Shown: positions 30,698 to 39,981, counted from the first letter of the stretch. The stretch: DNA of 64,000 nucleotides from an uncultured Candidatus Entotheonella sp. (GCA_965215335.1 CBDCDA010000001.1:1120001-1184000); one strand, 5' to 3'. The notes: generated by a model not told the origin, from the letters alone. Program-made: numbers and translations.

Positions 30698-30890
30698 GTT
30701 CTCGACAACGACCGTTCAGCAGACTCCCGCGCGCGGCGGGGGCTTTGCAGGGTGCCGGTTATCATGTATTCTAGGCACTGCCTGAAGGACAGGAAGGGCG
30801 TGAGGAATCCGTGGCGACCGTGCGTGTGATGTATTGGAAAGAAGTATCGCCGACCACTGGATTGAACAGGGACTTGTGGAGAGACTGGAT

Positions 30891-31799
30891 ATGCCAGAAA
30901 CCGGCACCCCGCCGTTGACCATCCCGGAGCGCCTGGCACAGGGTGGCTTTCTCATTTCGGACGGCGCCACCGGAACCTACCTGCAGCAGCACGGGCTGGA
31001 GCCGGGCGGCTGCCCGGAGGCGTTCAACGCCACGCACCCGGAGGTCGTCAAGGGCATGGCGAAGGCGTACTTCGACGCCGGCTCCGATATGGTGCTGACC
31101 AATTCTTTCGGCGGCAGCCGGTTCATGCAGAAGAAGTACGGTTTCGGGGATCGCGTCCGCGAGTTTGATCGCCTGGCGGCCGAACATGCGCGCAGCCAGG
31201 CCCCGCCGGGTCGTTACGTGATCGGTTCCGTAGGACCGACCGGCGAGTTTCTGGAGCCGCTGGGTGAGGTCAGCGACGGAGCCATGTACGATGCCTTCGT
31301 CGAGCAGATCGCCGCGCTGGACGAAGGCGGGGCGGACGGCGTGGTCATCGAGACCATGACCGCCCTTGAAGAATCAGCGTTGGCCATCAAGGCGGCTCGC
31401 GAGCATACCCGGCTCACCGTGATCGCCACCATGACGTTCGACAAAGGACCGCGCGGCTTTTTCACCATGATGGGGGTATCGCCGGAGCGCGCGGTCAAGG
31501 AGCTGGAAGGTGCTGGCGCCGACATCGTAGGGGCCAACTGCGGCAACGGCATCGACGTGATGGTCGAACTGGCGCGTGAGTTGCGGGCGGCCACCGACGG
31601 CTACCTGCTCATCCATTCCAACGCCGGCATCCCGGCCATCAAGGGCGGCCAGATCGTCTATCCCGAAACCCCGGAATACATGGCCGAGCGCTTCGAAACG
31701 CTGGTGCACGACGTGGGCGTCAACATCGTGGGCGGCTGCTGCGGCACGGCGCCCGGTCATATCCGCGCGCTCGTTGACACGCTCAGAAGGAAGACATGA
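30891..31799 (+). CDS. Stand-alone homocysteine S-methyltransferase domain (MetH Hcy-binding module)
   Basis: DGATGT, AGSDMVLTNSF, GSVGPTG, IETM, GANC and GGCCG (Zn ligands). Confidence 0.9.
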   Translation: MPETGTPPLTIPERLAQGGFLISDGATGTYLQQHGLEPGGCPEAFNATHPEVVKGMAKAYFDAGSDMVLTNSFGGSRFMQKKYGFGDRVREFDRLAAEHARSQAPPGRYVIGSVGPTGEFLEPLGEVSDGAMYDAFVEQIAALDEGGADGVVIETMTALEESALAIKAAREHTRLTVIATMTFDKGPRGFFTMMGVSPERAVKELEGAGADIVGANCGNGIDVMVELARELRAATDGYLLIHSNAGIPAIKGGQIVYPETPEYMAERFETLVHDVGVNIVGGCCGTAPGHIRALVDTLRRKT

Positions 31800-32476
31800 T
31801 GGCTGAGGTCAGGGCTGCGTCCAAACCGCGCGTCGCCGACGTCCTGGGACAATACGGCAAGTGCCTGGAGCTCGTCCCGATGGACCCGAATTTCGGGGAC
31901 ATCAGCGTCGGCTTGTACGTCAAGGATGGCGTCTTCACCATCTGGACCTTCAGCCACAAACCCGGCGTAGAGGCGCGCATCGAGAAAATCCGCGATCAGT
32001 TCGTCGTCCTCGGCGGCATGAAGCCCCTGGACGGCACCTCCAATCAGGCCGTGCCGTCGTGCGGCCAGCTGCACCTCAGGCCGGTCAGGTTCCTGCTCAA
32101 CCAGGCGGTTGGCAAGGCGCCGGATTTCGCGCCGCCGCAGGGCGAGATGTCGATCAGGGACTCGAAGTCGCCGCTGTTGCTCAAGATTGCCGGCGAGGAG
32201 CAGGATGGCAAGTGGCTATACCGGGTTTCCGGCGAGGGCGAGGCGCCGAATCCGGGGGTGCGGCTGCGCATGGTGGCCGCCGGTTTCATCCGCTACGGCG
32301 GAATGGACAAGGTGAGCGACACGCAGGTCATGTTCCCCTGCGGCGCGCGTCACGACGAGCTGATGCGGTTGCTGTTGCCGTATTCCCGCAACATCTCCAG
32401 CGTGGAGGGCATGATGGCCGCCGAGGCCCTGCGCGGTCAGATGACCACCGGAACCCTTGGCTTTTCGGCCACCTAG
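31796..32476 (+). CDS. Hypothetical protein with an internal duplication (two GGM...CGxxH units)
   Basis: ATGA-coupled to the upstream gene; codon usage like its neighbours. Confidence 0.75.
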   Translation: MMAEVRAASKPRVADVLGQYGKCLELVPMDPNFGDISVGLYVKDGVFTIWTFSHKPGVEARIEKIRDQFVVLGGMKPLDGTSNQAVPSCGQLHLRPVRFLLNQAVGKAPDFAPPQGEMSIRDSKSPLLLKIAGEEQDGKWLYRVSGEGEAPNPGVRLRMVAAGFIRYGGMDKVSDTQVMFPCGARHDELMRLLLPYSRNISSVEGMMAAEALRGQMTTGTLGFSAT

Positions 32477-32518
32477 AGCATTTCCGTATCCGGTCGCATC
32501 GTCTGCATGGCGTCGGGG

Positions 32519-32587
32519 CTCCCCCCCCCCGGCTCACCTGCGGGCTGCGCCCTTGTTTCGCCGACTCCCCCTCAAGGGGGGAGTGAT
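32519..32587. repeat. REP-like GC-rich palindromic element
   Basis: C10 run at 32521-32530 and hairpin ACTCCCCC-TCAAG-GGGGGAGT at 32564-32584. Confidence 0.45.
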
Positions 32588-32630
32588 GGAGAGGGTGACG
32601 AACGAGCAGGCCATGTTGAGCCGAAAGTGC

Positions 32631-32751
32631 CCTGATGTGCGTTCCGTTTGAGATCAGGAATTCTTCCGAATCGAGACCCCTGTGAGGCCGCCTTGCTGCA
32701 ACTGGCCAAGGTCTCTCTGAAATTCTCGGTTTCAGGTGAACGCACTTCAGG
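32631..32751. mobile_element. MITE-like element (about 120 bp)
   Basis: Ends CCTGATGTGCGTTC / GAACGCACTTCAGG are a 13/14 inverted repeat; 32633-32669 recurs at 43873-43909 (35/37 identical). Confidence 0.5.
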
Positions 32752-32804
32752 TACGCATTCTCACAACTCGATCCCCTGTCCCCTGGCCCAGAGGAGGCGC
32801 CAAT

Positions 32805-33842
32805 ATGCCATTCCAAGAGACCATGACGCCCCGCGAGCGGGTGCTGAACGCCCTGAACGGCAAACCCGTTGACCGCACCCCGGTTGCCAATCCCACCAAC
32901 GTGGCGACGGTGGAGCTGATGGACATGATGGACGCGCCGTTTCCCGAGGCGTGCCGCGACCCGGAGCTGGCGGCGCGCCTGGCGGCGACCGGTTACACGG
33001 AGCTGGGCTTCGACTCCATCATGCCCTATTTCACCATCATCCAGGAGTCGTCGGCGCTCGGCTGCGAGATGCAGTGGGAGGAGAAAGACAACTGGCCCAC
33101 GGTGCGCATGAGCAACCCCGTCTGGAAGGGCCTGGACGACATTCGCGTGCCCCCCGGATTTCTGAACCATCGCGACAACGTCGCCATCACCGGGTCGCTT
33201 CGCCTGCTCAAGCAGGAATTCGGCGACGAGGTGGCCATCATCGGCAAGACCATGGGGCCGTGGACGCTGGCCTACCACGTGTTCGGGGTGGAGCGCTTTT
33301 TGTTGATGAGCGTTGACGATCCGGACGCGACCCTGCTCTGCCTGCACAAATTGAAGGAAATATCGGTGCTGTTCGGCGAGGCGCAGATCGAGGCTGGCGC
33401 CGACGCGCTGACCTTTCCCGACCACGCCACCGGCGACCTGGTCAGCGGCGAGTATTACGAGCGCTTCCTGCTCGACATTCACCAGGAGATGGTCGAGCGT
33501 CTGAAGGTGCCGCTGATCCTGCACATCTGCGGCAACACGCTGGACCGCATGGATTACATCGCCCGCAGCGGCATGGCCGCCTTCCACTTCGATTCCAAGA
33601 ACGACCCGCAGCAGGCGATGGGCATCGTTGACGGCCGCATCGCCCTGGTGGGCAACATCAACAATCCCGAAACGCTGTACGCCCGCGGGCCCGAGGAGGT
33701 GCGCCAGGAGGTCTACCGCTGCCTGGACGCCGGGGTGGACCTGATTGCCCCCGAGTGCGCCATCCCCCTGGCCACCAAGCTGGAGAACCTGCTTGAAATT
33801 CCCCGGGCCGTACGGGACTGGTCGCGTGAGCACACCGCCTGA
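32805..33842 (+). CDS. MtaA/CmuA-family methyltransferase (URO-D fold)
   Basis: MTPRERVLNAL, GPWTLA, EAGAD, LHICG and APEC (H-x-C...C Zn ligands); RBS GAGGAGG. Confidence 0.88.
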   Translation: MPFQETMTPRERVLNALNGKPVDRTPVANPTNVATVELMDMMDAPFPEACRDPELAARLAATGYTELGFDSIMPYFTIIQESSALGCEMQWEEKDNWPTVRMSNPVWKGLDDIRVPPGFLNHRDNVAITGSLRLLKQEFGDEVAIIGKTMGPWTLAYHVFGVERFLLMSVDDPDATLLCLHKLKEISVLFGEAQIEAGADALTFPDHATGDLVSGEYYERFLLDIHQEMVERLKVPLILHICGNTLDRMDYIARSGMAAFHFDSKNDPQQAMGIVDGRIALVGNINNPETLYARGPEEVRQEVYRCLDAGVDLIAPECAIPLATKLENLLEIPRAVRDWSREHTA

Positions 33843-33935
33843 AGCCGCCGGGTAGAACGCCTGCGGTTTCCCTGATAAAATCGCCGCGTCGGTTTACACA
33901 CCCCGGGGTGGAATTCGCGCCAAGGAGCATGAGGC

Positions 33936-34685
33936 ATGCAGATACACAACAAAGGCTTGGAGAAGGAATTCGCCTACGTCACCAAACCGGCAGAGGTGAA
34001 CCACATCCAGAGCCTGTTCGAGAAATCGGCCCCCATCATGCACGACATCGCCTACAACCTGATCGTCGGCAAGCACACCGAGGTGGACCGGCTGGCCAGG
34101 CAGGCGCTGGACGATGGATTCCACGCCAACACCATTCTGGACGATGGCCTCATCGCCGGCATGGCCATCGTGGGCATCAAATTTCGCGACAACATCATTT
34201 TCGTGCCCGAGGTGCTGGTGGCGGCGCGCGCCATGAAAGCCGGCATGAGCCATATCGAGCCGATCCTGTCGGCATCCGGCATCGAGCCGATGGGCACGGT
34301 CGTCATGGGCACGGTAAAGGGCGACCTGCACGACATCGGCAAGAATCTCTGCATCATGATGCTGCGCGGCGCCGGGTTCGTGGTTCACGACCTGGGAGTG
34401 GACACCAAGCCCGACGAGTTTATCGACGCCGTCATGGAGCACGGCGCCGCCATCCTCGGCATGTCGGCGCTGCTGACCACCACCATGCCGAACATGGGCA
34501 AGACGATCGAAGCCTTCGAGGAAGCCGGTCTGCGGGACACGGTGAGGATCATGCTGGGCGGCGCGCCGCTGACGCAGGAATTCGCCGACGACATGGGAGC
34601 CGACGCCTACGGCGACAACGCCATCGCGTGCGTCGATCTCGCCAAGGGATTCGTCGGCGAGGAGGCGGTGCCGGAGGCTTCGTAG
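33936..34685 (+). CDS. Corrinoid (B12-binding) protein, MtaC/MttC type
   Basis: Cap domain FVPEVL; GTVKGDLHDIGKN (DxHxxG); MSALLTTTM; GGAP. Confidence 0.93.
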   Translation: MQIHNKGLEKEFAYVTKPAEVNHIQSLFEKSAPIMHDIAYNLIVGKHTEVDRLARQALDDGFHANTILDDGLIAGMAIVGIKFRDNIIFVPEVLVAARAMKAGMSHIEPILSASGIEPMGTVVMGTVKGDLHDIGKNLCIMMLRGAGFVVHDLGVDTKPDEFIDAVMEHGAAILGMSALLTTTMPNMGKTIEAFEEAGLRDTVRIMLGGAPLTQEFADDMGADAYGDNAIACVDLAKGFVGEEAVPEAS

Positions 34686-34687
34686 CC

Positions 34688-34930
34688 ATGGAGCAGCGAG
34701 TGGACAAGGCGCGGTACCGGGCGAGTCTGGCCCGACTGGAGGCGATCTTTCGGGACATGTCGAGCACCGCCACCGAGGTGTCGACCTGGCGCTGCCCGTA
34801 CAAAAGTGCGGAGGATCACTGTACCGCCAGTTTCGGCTGCCGCAACCAGAACCGCAGCGTCACGCAAGGCGAGTCGTTCATCTGCCTGAGCGATGACAAA
34901 CTCGACTACCGGAGCGCCTGGGAAACGTAG
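34688..34930 (+). CDS. 80-aa protein with four Cys, function unknown
   Basis: ATG 2 nt after the corrinoid-protein stop; RCPYKSAEDHCTASFGCRNQ...FICL. Appears only as the tail of a longer ORF in the track. Confidence 0.7.
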   Translation: MEQRVDKARYRASLARLEAIFRDMSSTATEVSTWRCPYKSAEDHCTASFGCRNQNRSVTQGESFICLSDDKLDYRSAWET

Positions 34931-34943
34931 GAAAGCGGTCTGC

Positions 34944-36569
34944 ATGGCGCCCATGTATCACGACTCCCACCGGCTCGACGCGGTTGCCGGCAAATCCGTT
35001 TTCGACTACGCCGACACCTTGAAAGTCCGCGTGCCCACCTCATGCGGCAGAACCGGCGAGTGCCACGAGTGCATTGTCGAAATCAGACGCGGCATGCCGG
35101 CGCTCAACCCCCCGACGCCAGCCGAAAGCTTCCTTCGAGAGCCGTACCGTCTTGCTTGCCAGGCTTCCATCACCGACCCCGACGTGGATATCGAATTTGC
35201 CGTCTTGCGACGCCAGCCGAAGATTCTGACGCACGGCATTCGTCGGCAAGTGCCCCTGGCGCCGCTGTCCGTTCGCAAGCACGACGCCGTGTACTTCCGC
35301 GCTGAGCGCCTCGACGCGTACCGGGGCCAGATTTATGGCCTGGCCGTCGACCTCGGCACCACGACGGTCGTCCTGAACCTGGTGGATCTGGAGAGCGGCG
35401 ACATCCTGTACACGGGCTCCTTCGAAAACCCGCAACGCTTTGGCGGCAGCGACATCATGCACCGCATTTCATACGACGGCGGGCCGTTCCGGGGCGAGCT
35501 GCAACAGGCGATCTTGTCCGGCATCAACTTTGAGATACGGGATATGTGCCGGCGCCTCGAGACGCGAGCGCGGCGCATTTACGAGGTGGTGATCGTCGGC
35601 AACGCGACCATGCGCGACCTGTTTTTCGGTTTCGATGTCCAGCCGATCGGCGAAAAGCCCTACAAGTCCGTCACCGAGCTGGAGATGCTGGCGGGGCAGC
35701 GGCCCACCACGGCCCTGAGCGTCAAGGCAAAGGACATCGGGCTGCGGATTTTTCCACGCGCCAACGTCTACGGTGGGCCGCTCATCAGCTCGCATGTCGG
35801 CGCCGACGTGGCGGCCGACCTGCTGGCCGTCGGGCTGGACGAGGAAGACGACGACGTCCTGCTGGTGGACGTCGGAACCAATACGGAGGTCGTCGTCGGC
35901 AACCGCCACCGCATGATCGCGGCTTCGTGCCCGGCGGGCCCGGCCTTCGAGGGCGGCCAGGTGACGTACGGCATGCCCGGTTACGACGGCGCCGTCGAAT
36001 CGGTAGCCCTCGGCGACGATGGCGTCACCTGCAAGACGATTGGCGGGACGCCGGCACGGGGCATCTGCGGCTCCGGCCTCGTCGACCTGCTGGCGGAACT
36101 GCGGCGCTGCGGCAAAATGAACGAGCTCGGCGTGTATGAGAACGGCGACGACGCCTTCATCTTCGCGCCGGAGAGCGGCATGTCGTTGTCACGCGCCGAC
36201 ATCAGCGCCCTGGCGCAGGCCAAGTCGGCCAACTTCTCGGGCCAGTACATCGCGCTGCGGCGCTACGGGGTGCCGCTGGGCGAGATCCGGAAGCTGTATC
36301 TGGCGGGCGGATTCGCCAACTACGTCAACGTGGGGAACGCCGTCGCCATCGGCTTCATCGCCAACCTGCCCGCCGAGCGCATCGTCAAAGTCGGCAACGC
36401 GTCGCTGGAAGGTGCCACCCTCATGCTGCTCAACGGCGGCCTGCGGCAACGCATCGAAGCCCTGGTGTCCCGGATCGAGCACGTCGAGCTGGAAACCACC
36501 CCGGACTTCTTCGACATCTTTGTCGAGGGCTGCATGTTCAATCCCATGGGCGAGCCGCTCACTCCGTAA
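34944..36569 (+). CDS. ASKHA-domain ATP-dependent corrinoid reductive activator (RACo/RamA-like) with N-terminal 2Fe-2S domain
   Basis: CGRTGECHEC...RLACQ, AVDLGTTT, DVGTNTE, AGPAFEG, GICGSG, LAGGFA. Confidence 0.9.
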   Translation: MAPMYHDSHRLDAVAGKSVFDYADTLKVRVPTSCGRTGECHECIVEIRRGMPALNPPTPAESFLREPYRLACQASITDPDVDIEFAVLRRQPKILTHGIRRQVPLAPLSVRKHDAVYFRAERLDAYRGQIYGLAVDLGTTTVVLNLVDLESGDILYTGSFENPQRFGGSDIMHRISYDGGPFRGELQQAILSGINFEIRDMCRRLETRARRIYEVVIVGNATMRDLFFGFDVQPIGEKPYKSVTELEMLAGQRPTTALSVKAKDIGLRIFPRANVYGGPLISSHVGADVAADLLAVGLDEEDDDVLLVDVGTNTEVVVGNRHRMIAASCPAGPAFEGGQVTYGMPGYDGAVESVALGDDGVTCKTIGGTPARGICGSGLVDLLAELRRCGKMNELGVYENGDDAFIFAPESGMSLSRADISALAQAKSANFSGQYIALRRYGVPLGEIRKLYLAGGFANYVNVGNAVAIGFIANLPAERIVKVGNASLEGATLMLLNGGLRQRIEALVSRIEHVELETTPDFFDIFVEGCMFNPMGEPLTP

Positions 36570-36912
36570 GTGGCCGGAAGAAGTGGCTGGAAGCGCGTTA
36601 TGGAGACTGTTGAAGATACGAGGAAACCGTCTCCTTGGCTTTGGGCCGTGCGCTGTGGGATATCGGTTATCGGCAGCGGATTCGAGACTTCAAGGAAGAC
36701 CCATACGACCCTCGGCAGCTTTGATGAAATTACCCATCACCGGGATGCAAGAGGCGGGCGGGCCGATGCGTTCCTGGCAGGATTCGCTTCCAGGGGCGAG
36801 CCAGGCCAGAGATGAGGAAAGGCCTATTTGGCAAAGCAGAGCAACGACTTCCAGGAAAGCCGCGAGCGGCTTCTCGATCAGAGAAAGCTATGCAGGCGGT
36901 GAAGGAGAACCC

Positions 36913-37932
36913 ATGACTTACAAAGTGCTGGTGACGGACCACGTGTGGCCCTCCGTGGAGCCCGAGAGGGCGGTATTGGCACAGGTCGGCGCCGAACTCG
37001 TGGTGGCGCCGGACGGCGGGGAGGGCACCCTTGCCGATTTGGCGAGGGATGTCGATGGCATTCTGACGTGCTTTGCGCAGGTCACCGATACCGTCCTGCG
37101 GGCGGCGGAGAAATGCGTCGTGGTCGGGCGCTACGGCGTCGGGGTGGACAACATCACGGTGCAGACGGCAACGGAGCTCGGCATGGCGGTCACCTATGTG
37201 CCCGACTACTGCGTCGAGGAGGTCTCCGATCACGTCATGGGGCTGCTGTTGACCTGGAACCGGCGCATCGCCCATTTCGACCGGCTGGTCAAGACCTCGG
37301 GTTGGGGCGGTCTGTCCCTGACCATGCCCATCCTGAGACTGCGCGGCAAGAAACTCGGTGTCGTCGGTTTTGGCCGAATCGGCCAGGCGGTGTGCCGCAA
37401 GGCCCTCGCCTTCGGCTTCGAGGTGCTGGCTTGCGACCCGTTCGTTGCCGCCGAAACCGCGGTCAAGCTGGGCGGCAAGATGGTAGATATGCCGACGCTG
37501 CTGAAGGAATCGGACTTCGTGACCCTGCACTCGCCGCTGATACCCGAAACGAGAAACATGATCGGCGCCGCCGAGCTTGCCCTCATGAAGCCGACGGCAT
37601 TCATCATCAACTGCGCGCGCGGCCCTCTGATCGACGAGGATGCGCTGGCCGATGCCCTGAAAAACAACCGCATTGGGGGAGCCGGACTGGACGTGCTGGT
37701 CGATGCGCACCCGGCGCCCGATCACCCGTTGCTGCGGCTGGAGAACGCCATCATCACGCCGCACGTGGCGTTTTTCTCGGAGGAAGCGGTGCTGGAATTA
37801 GAGAAACGCGCGGCAGGGGAAGTCGCCGCGGTCTTGCAGGGCAGGATGCCCGAGAATCTGGTGAACAAGGACGTGCTCGCCCACCCCGACCCGAGGCACC
37901 AACTGCCCAGAGGCCAGGCTCAGGACTCATAA
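36913..37932 (+). CDS. D-isomer-specific 2-hydroxyacid dehydrogenase (CtBP/SerA-like)
   Basis: GVGVDNI, VPDYCVEEV, GFGRIG, NCARG, ITPHVAF; RBS AAGGAG. Confidence 0.9.
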   Translation: MTYKVLVTDHVWPSVEPERAVLAQVGAELVVAPDGGEGTLADLARDVDGILTCFAQVTDTVLRAAEKCVVVGRYGVGVDNITVQTATELGMAVTYVPDYCVEEVSDHVMGLLLTWNRRIAHFDRLVKTSGWGGLSLTMPILRLRGKKLGVVGFGRIGQAVCRKALAFGFEVLACDPFVAAETAVKLGGKMVDMPTLLKESDFVTLHSPLIPETRNMIGAAELALMKPTAFIINCARGPLIDEDALADALKNNRIGGAGLDVLVDAHPAPDHPLLRLENAIITPHVAFFSEEAVLELEKRAAGEVAAVLQGRMPENLVNKDVLAHPDPRHQLPRGQAQDS

Positions 37933-38155
37933 CCAGAAGATGGCCGTGGCAGCATGGCAGATGGCGCTGAAAAAGGTGTGCGCACACCGGTCATGGCGCG
38001 TGGCGATGCGACGCCAGTCCTCGAGACGACCAAACGGACGCTCGATGAGGTTGCGGATCTTGTATGGCTCGCGGTCATGGACGATCGGCTCTTTACGGTT
38101 GGCACGGCCTGGAATGCGCGACGCAATGCCTCGCCTGGCAAGCGCCTGGCCGCAC
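37917..38155 (-). mobile_element. IS5-family remnant (transposase C-terminus plus terminal IR)
   Basis: RRGIASRIPGRANRKEP...YKIRNLIERPFGRLEDWRRIATRHDR; end GGCTCAGGACTCAT. Confidence 0.85.
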
Positions 38156-38164
38156 AGGACTGAC

Positions 38165-38327
38165 ATGAACCAAACGCTTCGACGCCCAGGACAAGCGCCT
38201 TGACCGTCTTGCCGACGAGGTCGCGGAACTCCGCAAGCTGACGATCAGCATCGGTAAACGGGTATCGCGCAGCGAAGACCGGATCGAGATTATCCGGGAG
38301 CAGATCAGGACCGTGGACATCCCTTGA
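38165..38327 (+). pseudogene. Degenerate short coiled-coil gene
   Basis: KRFDAQDKRLDRLADEVAELRKLTISIGKRVSRSEDRIEIIREQ is out of frame with the ATG at 38165. Confidence 0.35.
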
Positions 38328-38569
38328 CGCCAAACGACGCCCCAGGATTGCACGCAAGACGTTCATATCGACAGCATGTCAAGAGCATCTCTGGTAACGT
38401 TCATTCCACTCCGGAACTCGACGCGGGGCTCACCCGTGTTCTGGCCGGGCTGTTCTGACGGCTTTCGCCATCAAAGCCCGAGTCCTGATGTTCTGTTCCC
38501 TTTCAACCCAGGGCCCGCATTCAGTTCGTGCGGGGTTGGCGGCAAGGCATATTCTGATGGTTGGATCTT

Positions 38570-38720
38570 GTGGAAGACTGACGGTTGCTCACAGACCACG
38601 CCGTCATTGTCGGCATCGCGCATGTACGGACAGGCCGGATGCCGCCACGGCATCGGTGCGATGCCGTGGCGGCCTCGCTTCCTTGCACGTGATCCTGCCG
38701 TTTCTGACGCTTGGCATGAA
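38570..38720 (-). pseudogene. Degenerate Excalibur Ca-binding domain gene
   Basis: GIAPMPWRHPACPYMRDADNDGVVCE matches the Excalibur DxDxDGxxCE motif. Confidence 0.55.
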
Positions 38721-39009
38721 AGGGCCTGGTTGGACACATGCACCTTGGCTCGGCAAGGTCCTTCTTCTACGCTGCCACCCCTTCTTTCCACAGGCGGAAA
38801 GGACACATAATCAACTTCAGGTGAAGGAGAAAGACTATGACACGACAGTAGACGCCCGCACGGGTGCGGCGCGCGGCGATGACGGTAAAGGTGAAGCCGG
38901 CCATGACTGTCAAGCAGGCCAGGATCATGAGAGATCCGAAGATGCGTACGCCGGCGTCGAGCGGCGGTTCTGGGAAAGAGATGGCGAACGGTCAGGGTGA
39001 TGCCCCATA

Positions 39010-39343
39010 GAAAGGAGATCAGCGACTACCGGGGAGCCGGCACGGTGTTGCCGTCCCTGCCTGCTGCCGACATCCTGATTGCCGGCAAGGGCTACGACAG
39101 CAACCGGTTGCGCAAGACGCTTGCCAGGCGAGGCATCCAGTCCCGCATTCCAGGCCGTGCCGACCGTAAAGAGCCAATCGTTTACGACACCGAACTTTAC
39201 AAGAGCCGCGATGTTATTGAGCGCCTGTTCGGCAGACTCGAGGATTGGCGTCACATCGCCACGCGGCATGATCGCTGCGCACATTTTCTACGGCGCTATC
39301 TGTATTGCTGCCACGGTCATCTTCTGGTTATGAGTCCTGCGCC
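39010..39343 (+). mobile_element. IS5-family remnant, inverted relative to the copy at 37917
   Basis: SDYRGA...LIAGKGYDS (ADKGYD degenerated), IERLFGRLEDWRHIATRHDR, frameshift; end ATGAGTCCTGCGCC. Confidence 0.85.
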
Positions 39344-39981
39344 CAGGACGCTGTTTCATCCAGCGTTGCCGCGATGCGGGCCGTCACGACCTGCGGGGCG
39401 GTGTCGCCGTCGATGCGCTTCAACAGCCCCTGCTCGCCGTAGAACGGAATGATGGGTGCCGTTTCGGCGTGGTACTTCTCCAGGCGGGCCGTGCAGGCTG
39501 CCTCGGTATCGTCCTTGCGTTGCACGACGCAGTCGGTGATGTCGGCCGGGGGCGGCCTGAACTGGACGTGGTAGATGTCACCGGTCTCGGGATCCATGCG
39601 CCGGCCGGTGACGCGTTCTACGATGCGGCTGTCCGGCACCTCGATCAGTACTACGGCGTCGAGGGTCACGCCGGCCGTTTCCAGGTCGACGGCTAGCGCC
39701 TCGGCCTGCGGCCGAGTGCGCGGAAAGCCATCGAGGATGAATCCCTTGGCGCAATCCGGCTGCGCCGTGCGCTCAATGATCATCGCGATGACCAAGGCGT
39801 CGGGCACCAGTTGGCCGGCCTTCATGAAACCGTCGGCCTGCTTGCCCAAATCCGTGCCGGAGGCCACCGCGGCGCGCAGCATGTCGCCGCTCGAAATGTG
39901 CGGAATCTGAAATCGTTCCACCAGGTATTCGGCCTGGGTCCCCTTGCCCGCCCCTGGCGGGCCAATCAGGATCAAGCGCAT
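39328..39981 (-). CDS. adk: Adenylate kinase
   Basis: GPPGAGKGTQ, HISSGDMLR, LDGFPRT, QRKDD. Confidence 0.96.
   Translation of the reverse strand: MRLILIGPPGAGKGTQAEYLVERFQIPHISSGDMLRAAVASGTDLGKQADGFMKAGQLVPDALVIAMIIERTAQPDCAKGFILDGFPRTRPQAEALAVDLETAGVTLDAVVLIEVPDSRIVERVTGRRMDPETGDIYHVQFRPPPADITDCVVQRKDDTEAACTARLEKYHAETAPIIPFYGEQGLLKRIDGDTAPQVVTARIAATLDETASWAQDS

Noticed and set aside
30698..30890. Cobalamin or SAM riboswitch before the methyltransferase cluster
   Set aside because: No B12-box or SAM-I core recognisable by eye; an Rfam scan would be decisive.
32521..32530. C10 tract as a phase-variation switch
   Set aside because: It is intergenic and part of a REP-like element, with no evident promoter or reading frame affected.
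36570..36912. ORF or ncRNA in the gap before the dehydrogenase
   Set aside because: No convincing RBS, motif or stable structure; the long 36136 ORF is just an upstream extension of the dehydrogenase frame.
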